NCBI GenBank assembly: GCA_041612005.1 | Contig: JBFILW010000003.1 | Span: 1 to 41,339, forward strand | DNA length: 41,339 bases | Source of the DNA: Gemmatimonadota bacterium | GTDB taxonomy: Bacteria; Gemmatimonadota; Gemmatimonadetes; Palauibacterales; Palauibacteraceae | Direction: 5' to 3' | Shown: positions 18,708 through 28,688 of the stretch, piece by piece | Numbering within the stretch: position 1 is the stretch's first letter | Layout of the letters: each line of letters opens with the position of its first letter | Made by a program: the position numbers and the translations under genes | The notes under the pieces: model-generated | What the model was told of the DNA's origin: nothing | The model's database searches: none | The model's input: only the letters and a program-made list of their open reading frames with translations

Positions 18708-20066
18708 ATGCCCAACAAGAGCACCGTAGCGAAGCCGGCGTGGCATAAATGGCGCTATCTGACGGTCTTCGCCGTCGCGGCAATTCTTGGAACAACTCTG
18801 GTCGTCTATTTGATCGGCACGCCCGCGCAACAGGATCAGGACAGCCCTACCGTCGCCCGTTTGGATACCGGGCCCGGGGCCTATCTGGTGGCTTGGAGGG
18901 ATGACAGGGGACAAAGCGGTGACATCGTCGGCGCCATCGTCAGTCCGCAGAGCACGACGATCAATGCGAATTTTCCTATTGCGGTCAACAATGCGGCGCA
19001 GCGCAATCCCAGCGCGGCTGCCAATTCCACCAGTCAAGAATTCCTGGTCGTCTGGGAGGATGAGCGAGCAGGTGCTGGCGCGACTGGGTCCGGATTCCCT
19101 GTTGCCAGCATTTACGGCCAGCGCGTGTCACATGATGGAAAGCTGGCCGGGGCGAACTTCGCTATATCCAGCACCGACCAGGACAATCTTTATCCCGCAG
19201 TTGCCTATTGTTCAGGTCGCAACCAATACCTGGTCGTCTGGGATGATCGGCGAAAAGTCGGCATGACCAACGATATCTACGGGCAGTTGGTTGGCCATGG
19301 CGGAAACCTCATCGGCAGCGCTTTCCCGGTATCGACGGATCCCGGTAACGAGAGCAATCCCTCGATCGCCTATAACTCCGCTGAGGATGAGTTTCTCGTT
19401 GTATGGGAGAGCTTGCCGAAGCCTGCACCCACGAGCTGGGATATCTATGGTCAGCGGGTAACTTGCGATGGCAAGTTAACCAGCAGTCAATTCCCTATCT
19501 CCAAAGCTCCCAACGTACAGGTTCGACCGGCAGTTGCCTACAACGCAGCCAGCAACAACTATCTCGTTGCGTGGGCGGATGGACGAAATCAGACAACCGC
19601 CTTGGATCATGACATCTTCGGTCAGTTGATAAGCGGCAGCCTCTCATCGGCGGGCGGAAATCTGAACGGTGGAAACTTCCCCATCAGTACCGAAAAGAAT
19701 GATCAGAACGGGCGCGTCGCCGTTGCCGCCGCTGGCGCGGGCGGGTTCCTGGTCACCTTCGGTGACGAAAGAACCAACAAATTCAAACGCGACGTTTATG
19801 CCCAACGCGTTGATATGTCCGGAAAACTTCAGGGCAGCAATTTTCCGGTGAGCAACGCGGCAGACGTACAACAATGGAGTTCCCTGGCCTATTCGGATAG
19901 TGACGCCAGCTATCTTGTCGCCTGGAGCGATTCGAGAACGCACATGAAGACGCTCAACGATATCTATGGTCAGCATGTCGGCGTTGACGGCGCCTTGCTG
20001 AAAACGACATCAACAGAAAATTTTGCTGTTAGTGTCCCCGGCATCGTCAATCCGGTGAGCCCTTGA
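18708..20066 (+). CDS. Membrane-anchored or secreted repeat protein (probable beta-propeller)
   Basis: N-terminal hydrophobic segment, then about 7 repeats of about 60 aa with consensus P.VAY....YLV.W.D.R....DIYGQ.V...G.L.G.NFP.S. RBS GGAGGG. Confidence 0.7.
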   Translation: MPNKSTVAKPAWHKWRYLTVFAVAAILGTTLVVYLIGTPAQQDQDSPTVARLDTGPGAYLVAWRDDRGQSGDIVGAIVSPQSTTINANFPIAVNNAAQRNPSAAANSTSQEFLVVWEDERAGAGATGSGFPVASIYGQRVSHDGKLAGANFAISSTDQDNLYPAVAYCSGRNQYLVVWDDRRKVGMTNDIYGQLVGHGGNLIGSAFPVSTDPGNESNPSIAYNSAEDEFLVVWESLPKPAPTSWDIYGQRVTCDGKLTSSQFPISKAPNVQVRPAVAYNAASNNYLVAWADGRNQTTALDHDIFGQLISGSLSSAGGNLNGGNFPISTEKNDQNGRVAVAAAGAGGFLVTFGDERTNKFKRDVYAQRVDMSGKLQGSNFPVSNAADVQQWSSLAYSDSDASYLVAWSDSRTHMKTLNDIYGQHVGVDGALLKTTSTENFAVSVPGIVNPVSP

Positions 20067-20079
20067 AGTGGCTCGAGTT

Positions 20080-20256
20080 GGCGTTGTTGCAGGACCTCCC
20101 TCAGTGCCCGATAGACTCGCGGCATGCATAGATCCGACTTTATCTTTCGGTGCCGGGTCCGGAACTGGCCCGGCACTTGAAGATGAAAACGGACCTGCGC
20201 ATGGCAGGAGTCCAACTCGTGCTCAGGTGATCGCGGCCGATTGATGCAACAACGCC
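20080..20256. mobile_element. MITE-like, internally deleted IS5-family (IS903 group) element
   Basis: Perfect 12-bp terminal inverted repeats GGCGTTGTTGCA (20080-20091) and TGCAACAACGCC (20245-20256). A short internal ORF contains RVRNWP, resembling IS903-type transposase N-termini. Confidence 0.65.
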
Positions 20257-20394
20257 GCCGCATCACCGTTTCTGCCGCGAATTCGCACAAACGCACACTA
20301 CCCGGGCACGCGCCACAGATCGCTCGCGACGCTGGCTCCGGATTTCGCGAGATCGCTCCTCGACCTGGTCAGGGTGAGCGGCGCGACAGCTTGC

Positions 20395-23300
20395 TCAGCG
20401 CCCCCCGACCTCTTCCGCAACCCTCCTCATGCTCGTATCAAAATCAGCATCGCGCAGGCTGACACCCGTCATCTCACGCAGATGGCTGACGATGTCGTCC
20501 ATGTTGTGGTGTAGATCCTGCAAGCGCTTGAGTTTTGGCTGCAGGCTACGCGAAGGTGTGCCTGTGTTTGTCAACCTGTTTATCTCATGGGTGAGTTTTT
20601 GTATCTCTGTCGAGAGCTTTTGTCGGGTCTCGCGTACGAATCCATCGTTGGTCAGGTACTCGTCGTCCTGATAGCAAGCGATGAAACGCCGGCCCTCGCT
20701 TCGCAGTCTGCCCAGCGATTCCAGTACCTCCTGGCCCACCCATTGGGATTGCAGGCTGTCTTTGCTCACGATGAGCAGTGTCGTCGCGGACGCGTCCATG
20801 TAACGTTTGATGCTGTCCACGATTGTTTCGCCAGGCCGAAGCTCGTTGTGGAACAGTATTGCCTCGACCTCATAGCTCGCGAGCGCTGACCGGACTTTTT
20901 CCGCCAAATCACGATCGTGCTCGTTGAATGAGATGAAGACGTTTGTCAAGACGGGCGCGTCCACGGCTTTGTCCAGCATGCCCGGCCAGAACGTCTTGAG
21001 CACCGGCGCCATGTCCACATCCAGTCCGGACGCAGGGCAGGTGAGCTTCTCGTCCCGTCCCGCCTCCCACAACGATGACAGCGAGTACCAGCGAGCATCG
21101 TCATGATCCCTACATCTGTCGCAGGGGCAGGGAATCTCGATCACCACGTTCAGGCTTCGACCGAACCGGTCGATGACATCCGTGATGTCAGCCAGAACTC
21201 GGGTTTCTGCCGCCACGCTGAGCACCCGGACCTCGACTTCGCTGCGGTCACGCAGAATCTCGACCGCAACGACTGCCGTCGGGTCCGATATGAGCAAACC
21301 ATTTGACCAGTACTGGCCATGGGTTTCGCCATTGCCCAGGGCTGAAATCAGTTGGAAGACGTGATGGCGTTCGAGGCGCTGAAAGCGATATCTGACATTC
21401 GGCCGCTTTGCCACGTCGCGCAGCAACGCAAAAGTCTTGGGCTCTGGTGGATCTGAAGGCAGATGCTGTGGAGCAATGATCTCTGGTGCGTCTCCACCCT
21501 CACGGAAGCAAACCTCCATGCCTATGAGCACCTCCGCCGCGTCGTTCGACATCAGCTCTCGAGCGCTCTCTTTGTTGATTCGACCGCGCGACTCCGGTTC
21601 GCGCCAGCCGTCGAGCTTCCTGAGGAGCCAGTCCAGCCAGCGAGGGTCGGTTGTGACGAACGACGTGCTCGTGTTCCGCGCAATCTGCCCGGTTTCGACG
21701 AGGTGGTCCGAAAACGCCATCAGCTCCGGCTGTGTCAGCCCGGCATCGACGCTGAGCCTGGTGAAAGCGGAACTGTCGAAGTTCCTTGTCTTGTCCCGCA
21801 ACTGCTCCAGCGCCATTTCGGCCCGGCGCCAGGGGAGCGGGATCATCCGCCCGGCACACGCTGCCAGCAGCGCATCGTGCTGAAGGCGGTCCTTTACCCA
21901 GCGAATCAGCCGTTTGACGTCGTCTTGCTCAGACAGGTCCAGCTCCAAAACATCGTAGTTGTAGCGTCCGCTCAGGGAGTCAATCAGCTCCACGTAGGCC
22001 GAGCTGTCGTACTGCCGTGGCAGCACGAGCAGCATGGGACTGTCGTTGCTTGCCTCTCTGAGCCGGTCGAGCATGTCCGCAAGCGGATTTCCCTCCGACT
22101 CCGGGCTGCTGGACGTCAATCCAGTCATTTCCGAAAGCAGAATGACGTAGGGAGCAGATGGCGTGAGTACGAAGCGTTCGCGAGTTGATCCGTCCAGGAA
22201 CGGGAGTTGCCAGATGGAGAGGGTGAGTGGCAGTCCGGAATCGAGACAAATATTCAGGTGTTCCTTGTCAGCGGCATACTTGCCCAGGAGCAGCTCTCCG
22301 AATCCGCTTTTTCCCTGGGCGGAACCTATGGCGACGAGCTTCATCTTCAGGTTGGGGACTCGACCTGGCTGAACGTGCTTGAGGAACTCTCTAACACGTG
22401 TGACGTCGTCAGCGAGATCCGGAGGAAGGTTCAGAAGCGGGTTCTCCGCAACCGAGAGCCGGACCAGGTTCTCGGCTCCAGCCAACCAGCGTGGAAGCTC
22501 CTCGATTTGATTGCCGTCGAGAACCAGGGTTTGCAGTGCGGCAAGGGAACGAAGCTCATCGGGCAGGCAGGTCAGCCCGTTGTGCGCGAGATCGAGCTCG
22601 ATGAGCTCCGCATAGTTACCTAGAAAGGACGGAAGACTCTCCAGCTTGTTGCCGGAGAGATTCAGCTTGGTCAGGCGCAGCGAGGCGAAGCTGTCGGGAA
22701 GCTGTGTGATTCGGTTGTTGCTGGCCGAAAGCTCACGCAGGCTTTCGATTGTACCCAATCCATCTGGGAAACCGGCGAGCCGGTTGTGGCTGGCGTCCAG
22801 CTTGACGAGGTTACTCAAGGCGCCAGACGCTTCCGGGAGTCGGTTCAGCTCGTTTCCCTGAACGTGCAGCTCCGTTAGTTGCTCGAGATTGCACAGTTCC
22901 TCGGGTAGCGAATCGAGATGGTTGTTTGCGAGACGCAGCTCTTTCAGATTCGACGAAGCCAAGGCGAATCGGGGCACCTCCTTCAATCCGCAATCACTCA
23001 GGCGGAGGATCTCGAGACCATCTGCGCCTCTCGGCGGGAACGACTCGACAGGATTACCCGACGCCGTGAAATCGTGCAGCGTCCCGGACCTCACAAGCTC
23101 AATGGGCAGTTCCGTCAGCCTGTTGCGTGCGACGTTGAGAGACTCGAGCGCCGGCGATGCACAGAGCCAGGCCGGCAACCTGGAAAGCTTGTTCCCGGCG
23201 AGCGAGACAGAGCGCACGTGGAGGGCATTACCCGGCTCACCGAGCTCTTCTATCTGATTGTCGTTTAGGTCGAGCGATTCGAGTGCAGGCCACGACGCGC

Positions 23301-23868
23301 CCGCTAGATCGAACCGCGAGAATTCGTTCGATGAGAGATCGAGCCGCTCGAGCGCCTTCCAGGACTCTTTCCCCGTCACGAGCTCGCCCACCTGATTGTG
23401 GGCCGCGTTCAGGACGCGCAGTTCCGGCTGATCGGCAACCGCTTGCGGGATGCTCTTCAGCCTGTTGTCGCTGACGTTCAGCTCGAAAAGCGAGTTCCGA
23501 TAGAAGAGCGCATCCGGCAACGTTTCCAGAAGATTCCTCGTGAGGTAGAGAAAGCGCAGGTTGGCCAGCTCGCAGATTTCACATCCCACCGATTTCAGCG
23601 AGTTTCCGCTTGCATTCAGGTAAACGAGTTGAGGCAGTCGTCCGAAGATACCGAGCTCCAGCGAATCGAAGCCCGAGAGCTCGAGCTTCACGAGGTTCAC
23701 GAACTCATCGATGTGATCTAGAAACGCTTCCAGGTTGTCCCGATAGAGAGCCAGCGCGATGAATTCGCGGGGGTCGTCTTCCGACGCATCGAAGTAACGC
23801 CAACGCGTGGACTTTACCGCGTACGGGTCACTCACCTTCGCCAGGCCATCGTTCCCAGCCTCGGTCAT
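20395..23868 (-). CDS. LRR - degenerate Roc/COR - TIR domain protein
   Basis: About 18-19 LxxLxLxxNxL repeats; MKLVAIGSAQGKS P-loop-like; COR-like region (DPRWL, YWSNGLL); CPCDRC...CP Zn motif; C-terminal TIR (VFISF...LRPGE...IVSKDSLQSQWVGQE). Start is 23868 or 23907. Confidence 0.8.
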   Translation of the reverse strand: MTEAGNDGLAKVSDPYAVKSTRWRYFDASEDDPREFIALALYRDNLEAFLDHIDEFVNLVKLELSGFDSLELGIFGRLPQLVYLNASGNSLKSVGCEICELANLRFLYLTRNLLETLPDALFYRNSLFELNVSDNRLKSIPQAVADQPELRVLNAAHNQVGELVTGKESWKALERLDLSSNEFSRFDLAGASWPALESLDLNDNQIEELGEPGNALHVRSVSLAGNKLSRLPAWLCASPALESLNVARNRLTELPIELVRSGTLHDFTASGNPVESFPPRGADGLEILRLSDCGLKEVPRFALASSNLKELRLANNHLDSLPEELCNLEQLTELHVQGNELNRLPEASGALSNLVKLDASHNRLAGFPDGLGTIESLRELSASNNRITQLPDSFASLRLTKLNLSGNKLESLPSFLGNYAELIELDLAHNGLTCLPDELRSLAALQTLVLDGNQIEELPRWLAGAENLVRLSVAENPLLNLPPDLADDVTRVREFLKHVQPGRVPNLKMKLVAIGSAQGKSGFGELLLGKYAADKEHLNICLDSGLPLTLSIWQLPFLDGSTRERFVLTPSAPYVILLSEMTGLTSSSPESEGNPLADMLDRLREASNDSPMLLVLPRQYDSSAYVELIDSLSGRYNYDVLELDLSEQDDVKRLIRWVKDRLQHDALLAACAGRMIPLPWRRAEMALEQLRDKTRNFDSSAFTRLSVDAGLTQPELMAFSDHLVETGQIARNTSTSFVTTDPRWLDWLLRKLDGWREPESRGRINKESARELMSNDAAEVLIGMEVCFREGGDAPEIIAPQHLPSDPPEPKTFALLRDVAKRPNVRYRFQRLERHHVFQLISALGNGETHGQYWSNGLLISDPTAVVAVEILRDRSEVEVRVLSVAAETRVLADITDVIDRFGRSLNVVIEIPCPCDRCRDHDDARWYSLSSLWEAGRDEKLTCPASGLDVDMAPVLKTFWPGMLDKAVDAPVLTNVFISFNEHDRDLAEKVRSALASYEVEAILFHNELRPGETIVDSIKRYMDASATTLLIVSKDSLQSQWVGQEVLESLGRLRSEGRRFIACYQDDEYLTNDGFVRETRQKLSTEIQKLTHEINRLTNTGTPSRSLQPKLKRLQDLHHNMDDIVSHLREMTGVSLRDADFDTSMRRVAEEVGGR

Positions 23869-24139
23869 GGCTCGCTCTTGGATGATCCGGAAGCAAGAGG
23901 ATAACATCGACCAGCGATTGCGAAGCCGATCTGTAGCCGGAATTCCAGCAACAGGCGTGCGGCGCTCCGCTCATTCTTCTGCAATAAACAGGACCGGCAG
24001 GACGAGCAACCGCTCTCTTTGCCGTGCGGCTCCGGTATCGGGAGGTGGCGAAATGATTGTCAGCTCTGCGAGGACTCGCGTGGCGCGGAGCAGATCGACC
24101 CACGCTGACGCAGCGACGGCGCCTTGACTCACGCTGTCG

Positions 24140-24420
24140 GGACGCGTTGTTCCGTTTTTCGGGCTCGACACAGGGGCCCCCGCCGCCTCCCCCGTTCAGG
24201 CGGATCAACCCAACACGATGCGTTCCGACCTTGGCATCCCGAGCGCCGACATCCAGTCGAGTACCGGGCTCTTCACCAGGACTTCAATTCGCGGGCGCTC
24301 GAGCTCACGCGATGCGAGCTTCATTCCCACCAGCGCCTTGAATCTCGAGACGGCGTTCTCCGCAAGGCTCTGCCGGGTCACGCCACTCGACGTGCGCCAC
24401 GGATACCGGCCCTCTATAGA
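24140..24420 (-). mobile_element. IS5-family (IS903 group) transposase 3' remnant
   Basis: Translation W.TSSGVTRQSLAENAVSRFKALVG.KLASR....IEV..K..VLDWMSALGMPRSERI matches the decayed C-terminus of IS903-like transposases. A degenerate IR-like GCGTTGTT lies near 24144. Confidence 0.75.
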
Positions 24421-24553
24421 GTAAGCAGCTATTGGCGAATGAAAATCTACGGACAAAGCTCGCCAGTAGCCGACGTGAAACTGCTTTCTTGTGCACGCAT
24501 AATGTACCAGTTGCATGCGGCAAGAAACTGGCTCGGCCGTGCAAGGAGGGGCA

Positions 24554-25285
24554 ATGAGCGGGAAAAGCTTCACCGAAATGGAACGCGAAGGATGGCAGCG
24601 TAATGCTGCAGACTATGATGACTTTGTCCTCCCTCTCACCGACCCTGGTATCGCGCCTCTTCTTGATAGCCTCGGCCCTCTCACGGGGCGCAAAGTTCTT
24701 GAGCTCGCGTCGGGCTCGGGGCATTTAGCAGCGGCGGTTGTGGCCCGAGGTGCGACCATGGTGGGAATTGATGTGGCTTCAAAGATGGTCGAATTGGCCC
24801 GCGAGAATGTGCCTTCCGGCACAGAGTTTCTTGTGGGTGACGCCGAAGCACTGGATTTCGAGGACAGCAGCTTCGATGCAGTGACATGCAGCTTTGGCTT
24901 TCTGCACTTCGCGGAGCCCGAACGCGTTTTCCATCAAGTCGTCAGAGCGCTCAAACCAGGTGGCCGGTTATTCTTCACAGTTTGGCAAGAACCGGACGAG
25001 GGAAATGAATTTCTTGGGCTGGTGCTCAGTACAGTTCAATAGCACGCGAACCTTGATGTTGACCTGCCTCCCGCGCCGCCGATGTTTGCATTGGCTCACC
25101 CAGAAACTGCGAAAAGAATGTTGAGTCAGTCCGGGTTTGTCGATGTGGGCGTACAAGACCTACCCATCGAGGTTTCGGTGGATAGTGGCCCGACTCCGCT
25201 TGAGTTCTTGTTGAATGGCGCGGTGCGCGGACGAATGCTGTACGACCTACAAACACCCGACATCACTGCGCGCAAGCCCGACTAG
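24554..25285 (+). pseudogene. Class I SAM-dependent methyltransferase with in-frame amber stop
   Basis: RBS AGGAGG; LELASGSG, GDAEAL, SFDAV and LKPGGR motifs. TAG at 25040-25042, after which the same frame continues (HANLDVDLPPAPPMF...) to 25285. Confidence 0.8.
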
Positions 25286-25459
25286 TGTAAACGCTTGGTG
25301 TCTGCAACGACTGCCGGGCCTCGTCTTCGCAGGGAAAGAGGACGCACGCTACCCCATCATCCTCGAGAATGTTGCAGTACGCGTTGAAGAACACATAGTG
25401 CTCCATCTGCCGTACCTCCAGATGCCCTCGCAAGACTGATGCGAGAAAGGAGATGAATA

Positions 25460-26701
25460 GTGAAGACTATCAACGCTTTTTCCGTGGCTGTTGGCATGTG
25501 TTTGCTGCTAATCGGCCCCACGCCGACCGCCGCGCGCCCGGACACCACCGCTCGTGGATACGACCGCCCGCCGGGGGGCGGCGTACAACGCGGCCACGAC
25601 CGGGTCTCGAGCAACCGGCACCACAACCGACGTGCCATCATTCGTGTGCCGGGAGATTTCGAAACGATTGGCGCAGCCATCGAAGGCGCTCCGGACCGCG
25701 CGACGATATTCATTCGCCCGGGCGCCCACGTGCTTCTGGAGACGCTGCGCGTCGACGGCAAGCGCCTACGGATCATGGGCTCCCGGGTAGCCAGGACCGA
25801 GCTCATATCGCCGAGCCTCGATGTCGGGATTTTTCACTACACCAACGGCGGAGGCGGCGAGCTAAAGAACCTTCATCTGATCGGGGGTGCGTACGGGGTC
25901 GGCGCCAACCCGGGCGAGCGTCGAGCCTCTGCCTTGCCGTCAGCCCTCAAGGTCGAGAACCTTTCCATCTCCGGGGGCTTCCGAGGCGTCTACGGAGCAT
26001 TCTCGAGCCTCTCCATGAAAAACGTCTCGGTGCATCATACAAAGTGGAACGGTGTTTCACTAACCTACCTTGCCCAAGACACGACCTTGACCGATATGCA
26101 GATATACGAATCTTTGGCCGTCGGCCTCTGGATTGACAACAGCGGTCCGGGCGACGTCACTATCGGAGGTCATTTTCATCACAATGCGTTCGCTGGCGTT
26201 CAGGTTAGCGGGAACAACGGAGACGTCCACTTCTTATTCACGGTAGCCGACAACAACGGTCTGTTTGGTGTATTGCTCATCGACGTGAGCGCTCAGATGG
26301 CGCTTAGCAGTTTGTCGGATCAGCGTGACGCACCGCCCGTGCACTCTCCCCCCGGGCCCAACGATGTCTGTGAGGGTGCCGGACTGGCCGTGACCGGGGG
26401 CTCGGTGGTGTTCGTTTCGGGAACACTGTTCCGGGACAACTGCCTCGGCCTTGGCACCGTGGATTCTACCGTGACGGTTAACAACAGCAGCTTCAACTCC
26501 ACCGATCTTCAGTTGGGGGAATCGATTGCAGTCTTCAACAGTGCCTTGTTACCTCAACTCTTCGGTGCGCCCCTGGACCAGGGTGGAGGTGCGAACGTCT
26601 GCGGATACCTCCTGGGGTCACCGGGTGAAATCCAGGTCCCTTGTGGTGAGTTTATCGAGGGCCCGCCGCAGCCACCCGAGATGGTCGGAGGATTGGAGTA
26701 G
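25460..26701 (+). CDS. Secreted right-handed parallel beta-helix (pectin lyase-like fold) protein
   Basis: RBS AAAGGAG and GTG start; signal peptide; RVPGDFETIGAAI...TIFIRPG cap motif; N/G-rich coils (HHN..AGV, DNN..FGV). Confidence 0.7.
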   Translation: MKTINAFSVAVGMCLLLIGPTPTAARPDTTARGYDRPPGGGVQRGHDRVSSNRHHNRRAIIRVPGDFETIGAAIEGAPDRATIFIRPGAHVLLETLRVDGKRLRIMGSRVARTELISPSLDVGIFHYTNGGGGELKNLHLIGGAYGVGANPGERRASALPSALKVENLSISGGFRGVYGAFSSLSMKNVSVHHTKWNGVSLTYLAQDTTLTDMQIYESLAVGLWIDNSGPGDVTIGGHFHHNAFAGVQVSGNNGDVHFLFTVADNNGLFGVLLIDVSAQMALSSLSDQRDAPPVHSPPGPNDVCEGAGLAVTGGSVVFVSGTLFRDNCLGLGTVDSTVTVNNSSFNSTDLQLGESIAVFNSALLPQLFGAPLDQGGGANVCGYLLGSPGEIQVPCGEFIEGPPQPPEMVGGLE

Positions 26702-26722
26702 CACGGGTACGGCCTTCGACTT

Positions 26723-26975
26723 GTGTGCTACCTCATGCCATCCGGCTACGTCGTCGGACTTGTCTTGGATGCCGGCATGCTTGGCGTGGCGAAGCGTCGA
26801 GCAGATGAAGAGGAACTCACCGTCGACTGGCGCCAGGGCGACGTCCAGGAGATGCCTTTCGAATCCAACGAGTTCGACGTCGTGCTCTGGTGCCAGGGCC
26901 CACAGTTCTGTCCTGACAAGCAAGGGGCACTTCGAGAGACTTGCCGAGTCCTTCGGGCAGACGGACGCCCGATCA
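26723..26975 (+). pseudogene. SAM-dependent methyltransferase fragment
   Basis: VVGL...GML.VAK...DWRQGDVQEMPFESNEFDVV...ALRETCRVLRADGR. Motif I is missing, and the ORF is cut off at the IS-like end at 26976. Confidence 0.65.
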
Positions 26976-27102
26976 GGCGTTGTTGATTTTGCGGACACCA
27001 GCGAAGCCGTGGTTGCCGTCTTCTCGGGTCGGGACGGAGCAACCCCGCAGAACTCGCTCCGATATGGGCATCCCGAGCGCGGCCGATTCATGCAACGACG
27101 CC
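26976..27102. mobile_element. Second IS903-like MITE remnant
   Basis: Left end GGCGTTGTTG (26976) and right end CGCGGCCGATTCATGCAACGACGCC (to 27102), both similar to the ends of the 20080-20256 element. Confidence 0.55.
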
Positions 27103-27120
27103 GCCGCGGCATCCGACGGC

Positions 27121-27927
27121 CTAGCCCGGGCGTATCTTCACCGGCCGCATCAGCCCGTCGGCGATGTCAAAGCAGACCTCAGAGTAGTGCAGCTCGTCGC
27201 AGAGGCACAGCCACAGCGTGTTCAGGATCGCGCTCGCCGCCATCAGATTGGCGAACAGGATCTGCGGGGCCGAGCCCGCGGCAGCCTCGACGCAGCTCAG
27301 CTCGCCGGGCGCCCTGTCGGCGGGCTCGCGGATCTCGGCGTGGTACCGGGACAGCGAGGGTGTGATGTCGACGCCATCGCGGCGGACGTATACCTGGCAG
27401 CCGCCGTAGGTGCCCCGCAGCAGCGTGCCGTCGGCGCGTTCCTCGATGCCATCGTTGCCGCCCGAGATCAGGCAGACGTCGCGCAAGTGCTCCGCGCAAT
27501 AGTCGGTCACCAGCTTGCGGGTGGCATGATTGTCGACGGCGAGCACGACGGTCTCACCGTCGTGAACGAGCCGCTCGATGTTCGATTCGGTGACGTGCTC
27601 CTCGATCGCGGCGATGGTGAGGGTCGACCCGGCCAGGAAACCGAGCAGCTCGTCGCGCGTGACCGCGGCCTTGTTGGCGTAGGTATCGAATACCATGCGC
27701 CCGGCATTGCCGGGCTCGAATGCGTCGCCGTCGACGAGCACGAAGCGGGCGGGCTGGCCGAGGGACGCCAGGAACAGGGCGCCGTAGCGGGCGACGATGC
27801 CACCCACGCCGCCAATGCCGAAGAGCTTGACCGTGCTGCCCGCCGCGAGGTACGGCACGAGCGCCGTGCCACGAGCGCGCTCGGTCACCGCGTCGCCGGC
27901 TCGCGGGCCGATGATGGGTGTCGTCAT
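27121..27927 (-). CDS. E1-like / ThiF-family adenylyltransferase (module B)
   Basis: GIGGVG; VDGDAFEPGNAGR; NKA; LAVDNHATRK; SGGND; candidate catalytic Cys in ELSCVE; PQILFAN. ATG overlaps the upstream stop (TGATG). Confidence 0.88.
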   Translation of the reverse strand: MTTPIIGPRAGDAVTERARGTALVPYLAAGSTVKLFGIGGVGGIVARYGALFLASLGQPARFVLVDGDAFEPGNAGRMVFDTYANKAAVTRDELLGFLAGSTLTIAAIEEHVTESNIERLVHDGETVVLAVDNHATRKLVTDYCAEHLRDVCLISGGNDGIEERADGTLLRGTYGGCQVYVRRDGVDITPSLSRYHAEIREPADRAPGELSCVEAAAGSAPQILFANLMAASAILNTLWLCLCDELHYSEVCFDIADGLMRPVKIRPG

Positions 27928-28688
27928 CAGTTCACTCCGTTGACGGGACCGGCGCCCGGGTACGGACCGTAGGCCGGATAGGCGGCCTGCTCGTGCTCGA
28001 GATCGATCGTGACGCACTCGAGCCAGGCTTGCGGAAAATCGGCGCTCCGGCGCTCGTAGGCCGCCATCGCCGCGCCGGGCTCGACCGTGAATCGCACGCC
28101 GTCGACGACGAACTCGCAGTGGAACTCCGGCGGCTCCTCGTCGATCCGCCCGACCACGATGTGCAGCCCGGCGCGGTAGGCTTCGTCCTCCTGATCGGTG
28201 TGCGACGCGTAAGCCGCGCCGTCGCCATGGCTGTGAATGGTGCCGATCGGGCTCTGCCCGGGGCCGAGGTCGTCACCGAGATCGTAGTGCACGTCGAGCG
28301 GATGGCGCCGCCCGGTCCAGCCCTCGCGCACCGTCGCGCGCTGCGCCGGGACGTGCACCTCGATGCGCCCCGCTTCCCGGTCCCAGACGAGCACCGCGGC
28401 GGCCTCGGCGCGGTGGCGTTCGAAGACCTCGTCGAAGAACCCGACGAGGCGCTCGATATCCGGCTGGGGGATCTGCGGGTAGTGCAGCCGCACCGTCTGG
28501 TCGTGCGGGGCGAGCTCGGTGGGCCAGGTGCGCGCACTTACGCAGCTCGAGAACAGCGGGTGGTTGCGACACAGGAACAGACCGTTCGAGCCAAGCACGT
28601 AGTAGACCGGCGCGTCCTCCGGCAATGGCATGTCGGCAGTCGTCTTGACGTAGATGGGCGTGACCAGGTTCTCGTCGGGGTGTCTCAT
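27927..28688 (-). CDS. JAB/MPN metallopeptidase (PRTRC protein A-like, module B)
   Basis: YVLGSNGLF N-terminal domain; catalytic Glu in AEAAAVLVW; GTIHSH.....YASHTD JAMM motif; GLHIVVG. ATGA overlap with the upstream E2. Confidence 0.88.
   Translation of the reverse strand: MRHPDENLVTPIYVKTTADMPLPEDAPVYYVLGSNGLFLCRNHPLFSSCVSARTWPTELAPHDQTVRLHYPQIPQPDIERLVGFFDEVFERHRAEAAAVLVWDREAGRIEVHVPAQRATVREGWTGRRHPLDVHYDLGDDLGPGQSPIGTIHSHGDGAAYASHTDQEDEAYRAGLHIVVGRIDEEPPEFHCEFVVDGVRFTVEPGAAMAAYERRSADFPQAWLECVTIDLEHEQAAYPAYGPYPGAGPVNGVN

Noticed and set aside
25040-25042. Pyrrolysine or programmed amber read-through
   Set aside because: No pyl genes in the window, not a methylamine methyltransferase family, and it sits among other pseudogenes; a nonsense mutation is simpler.
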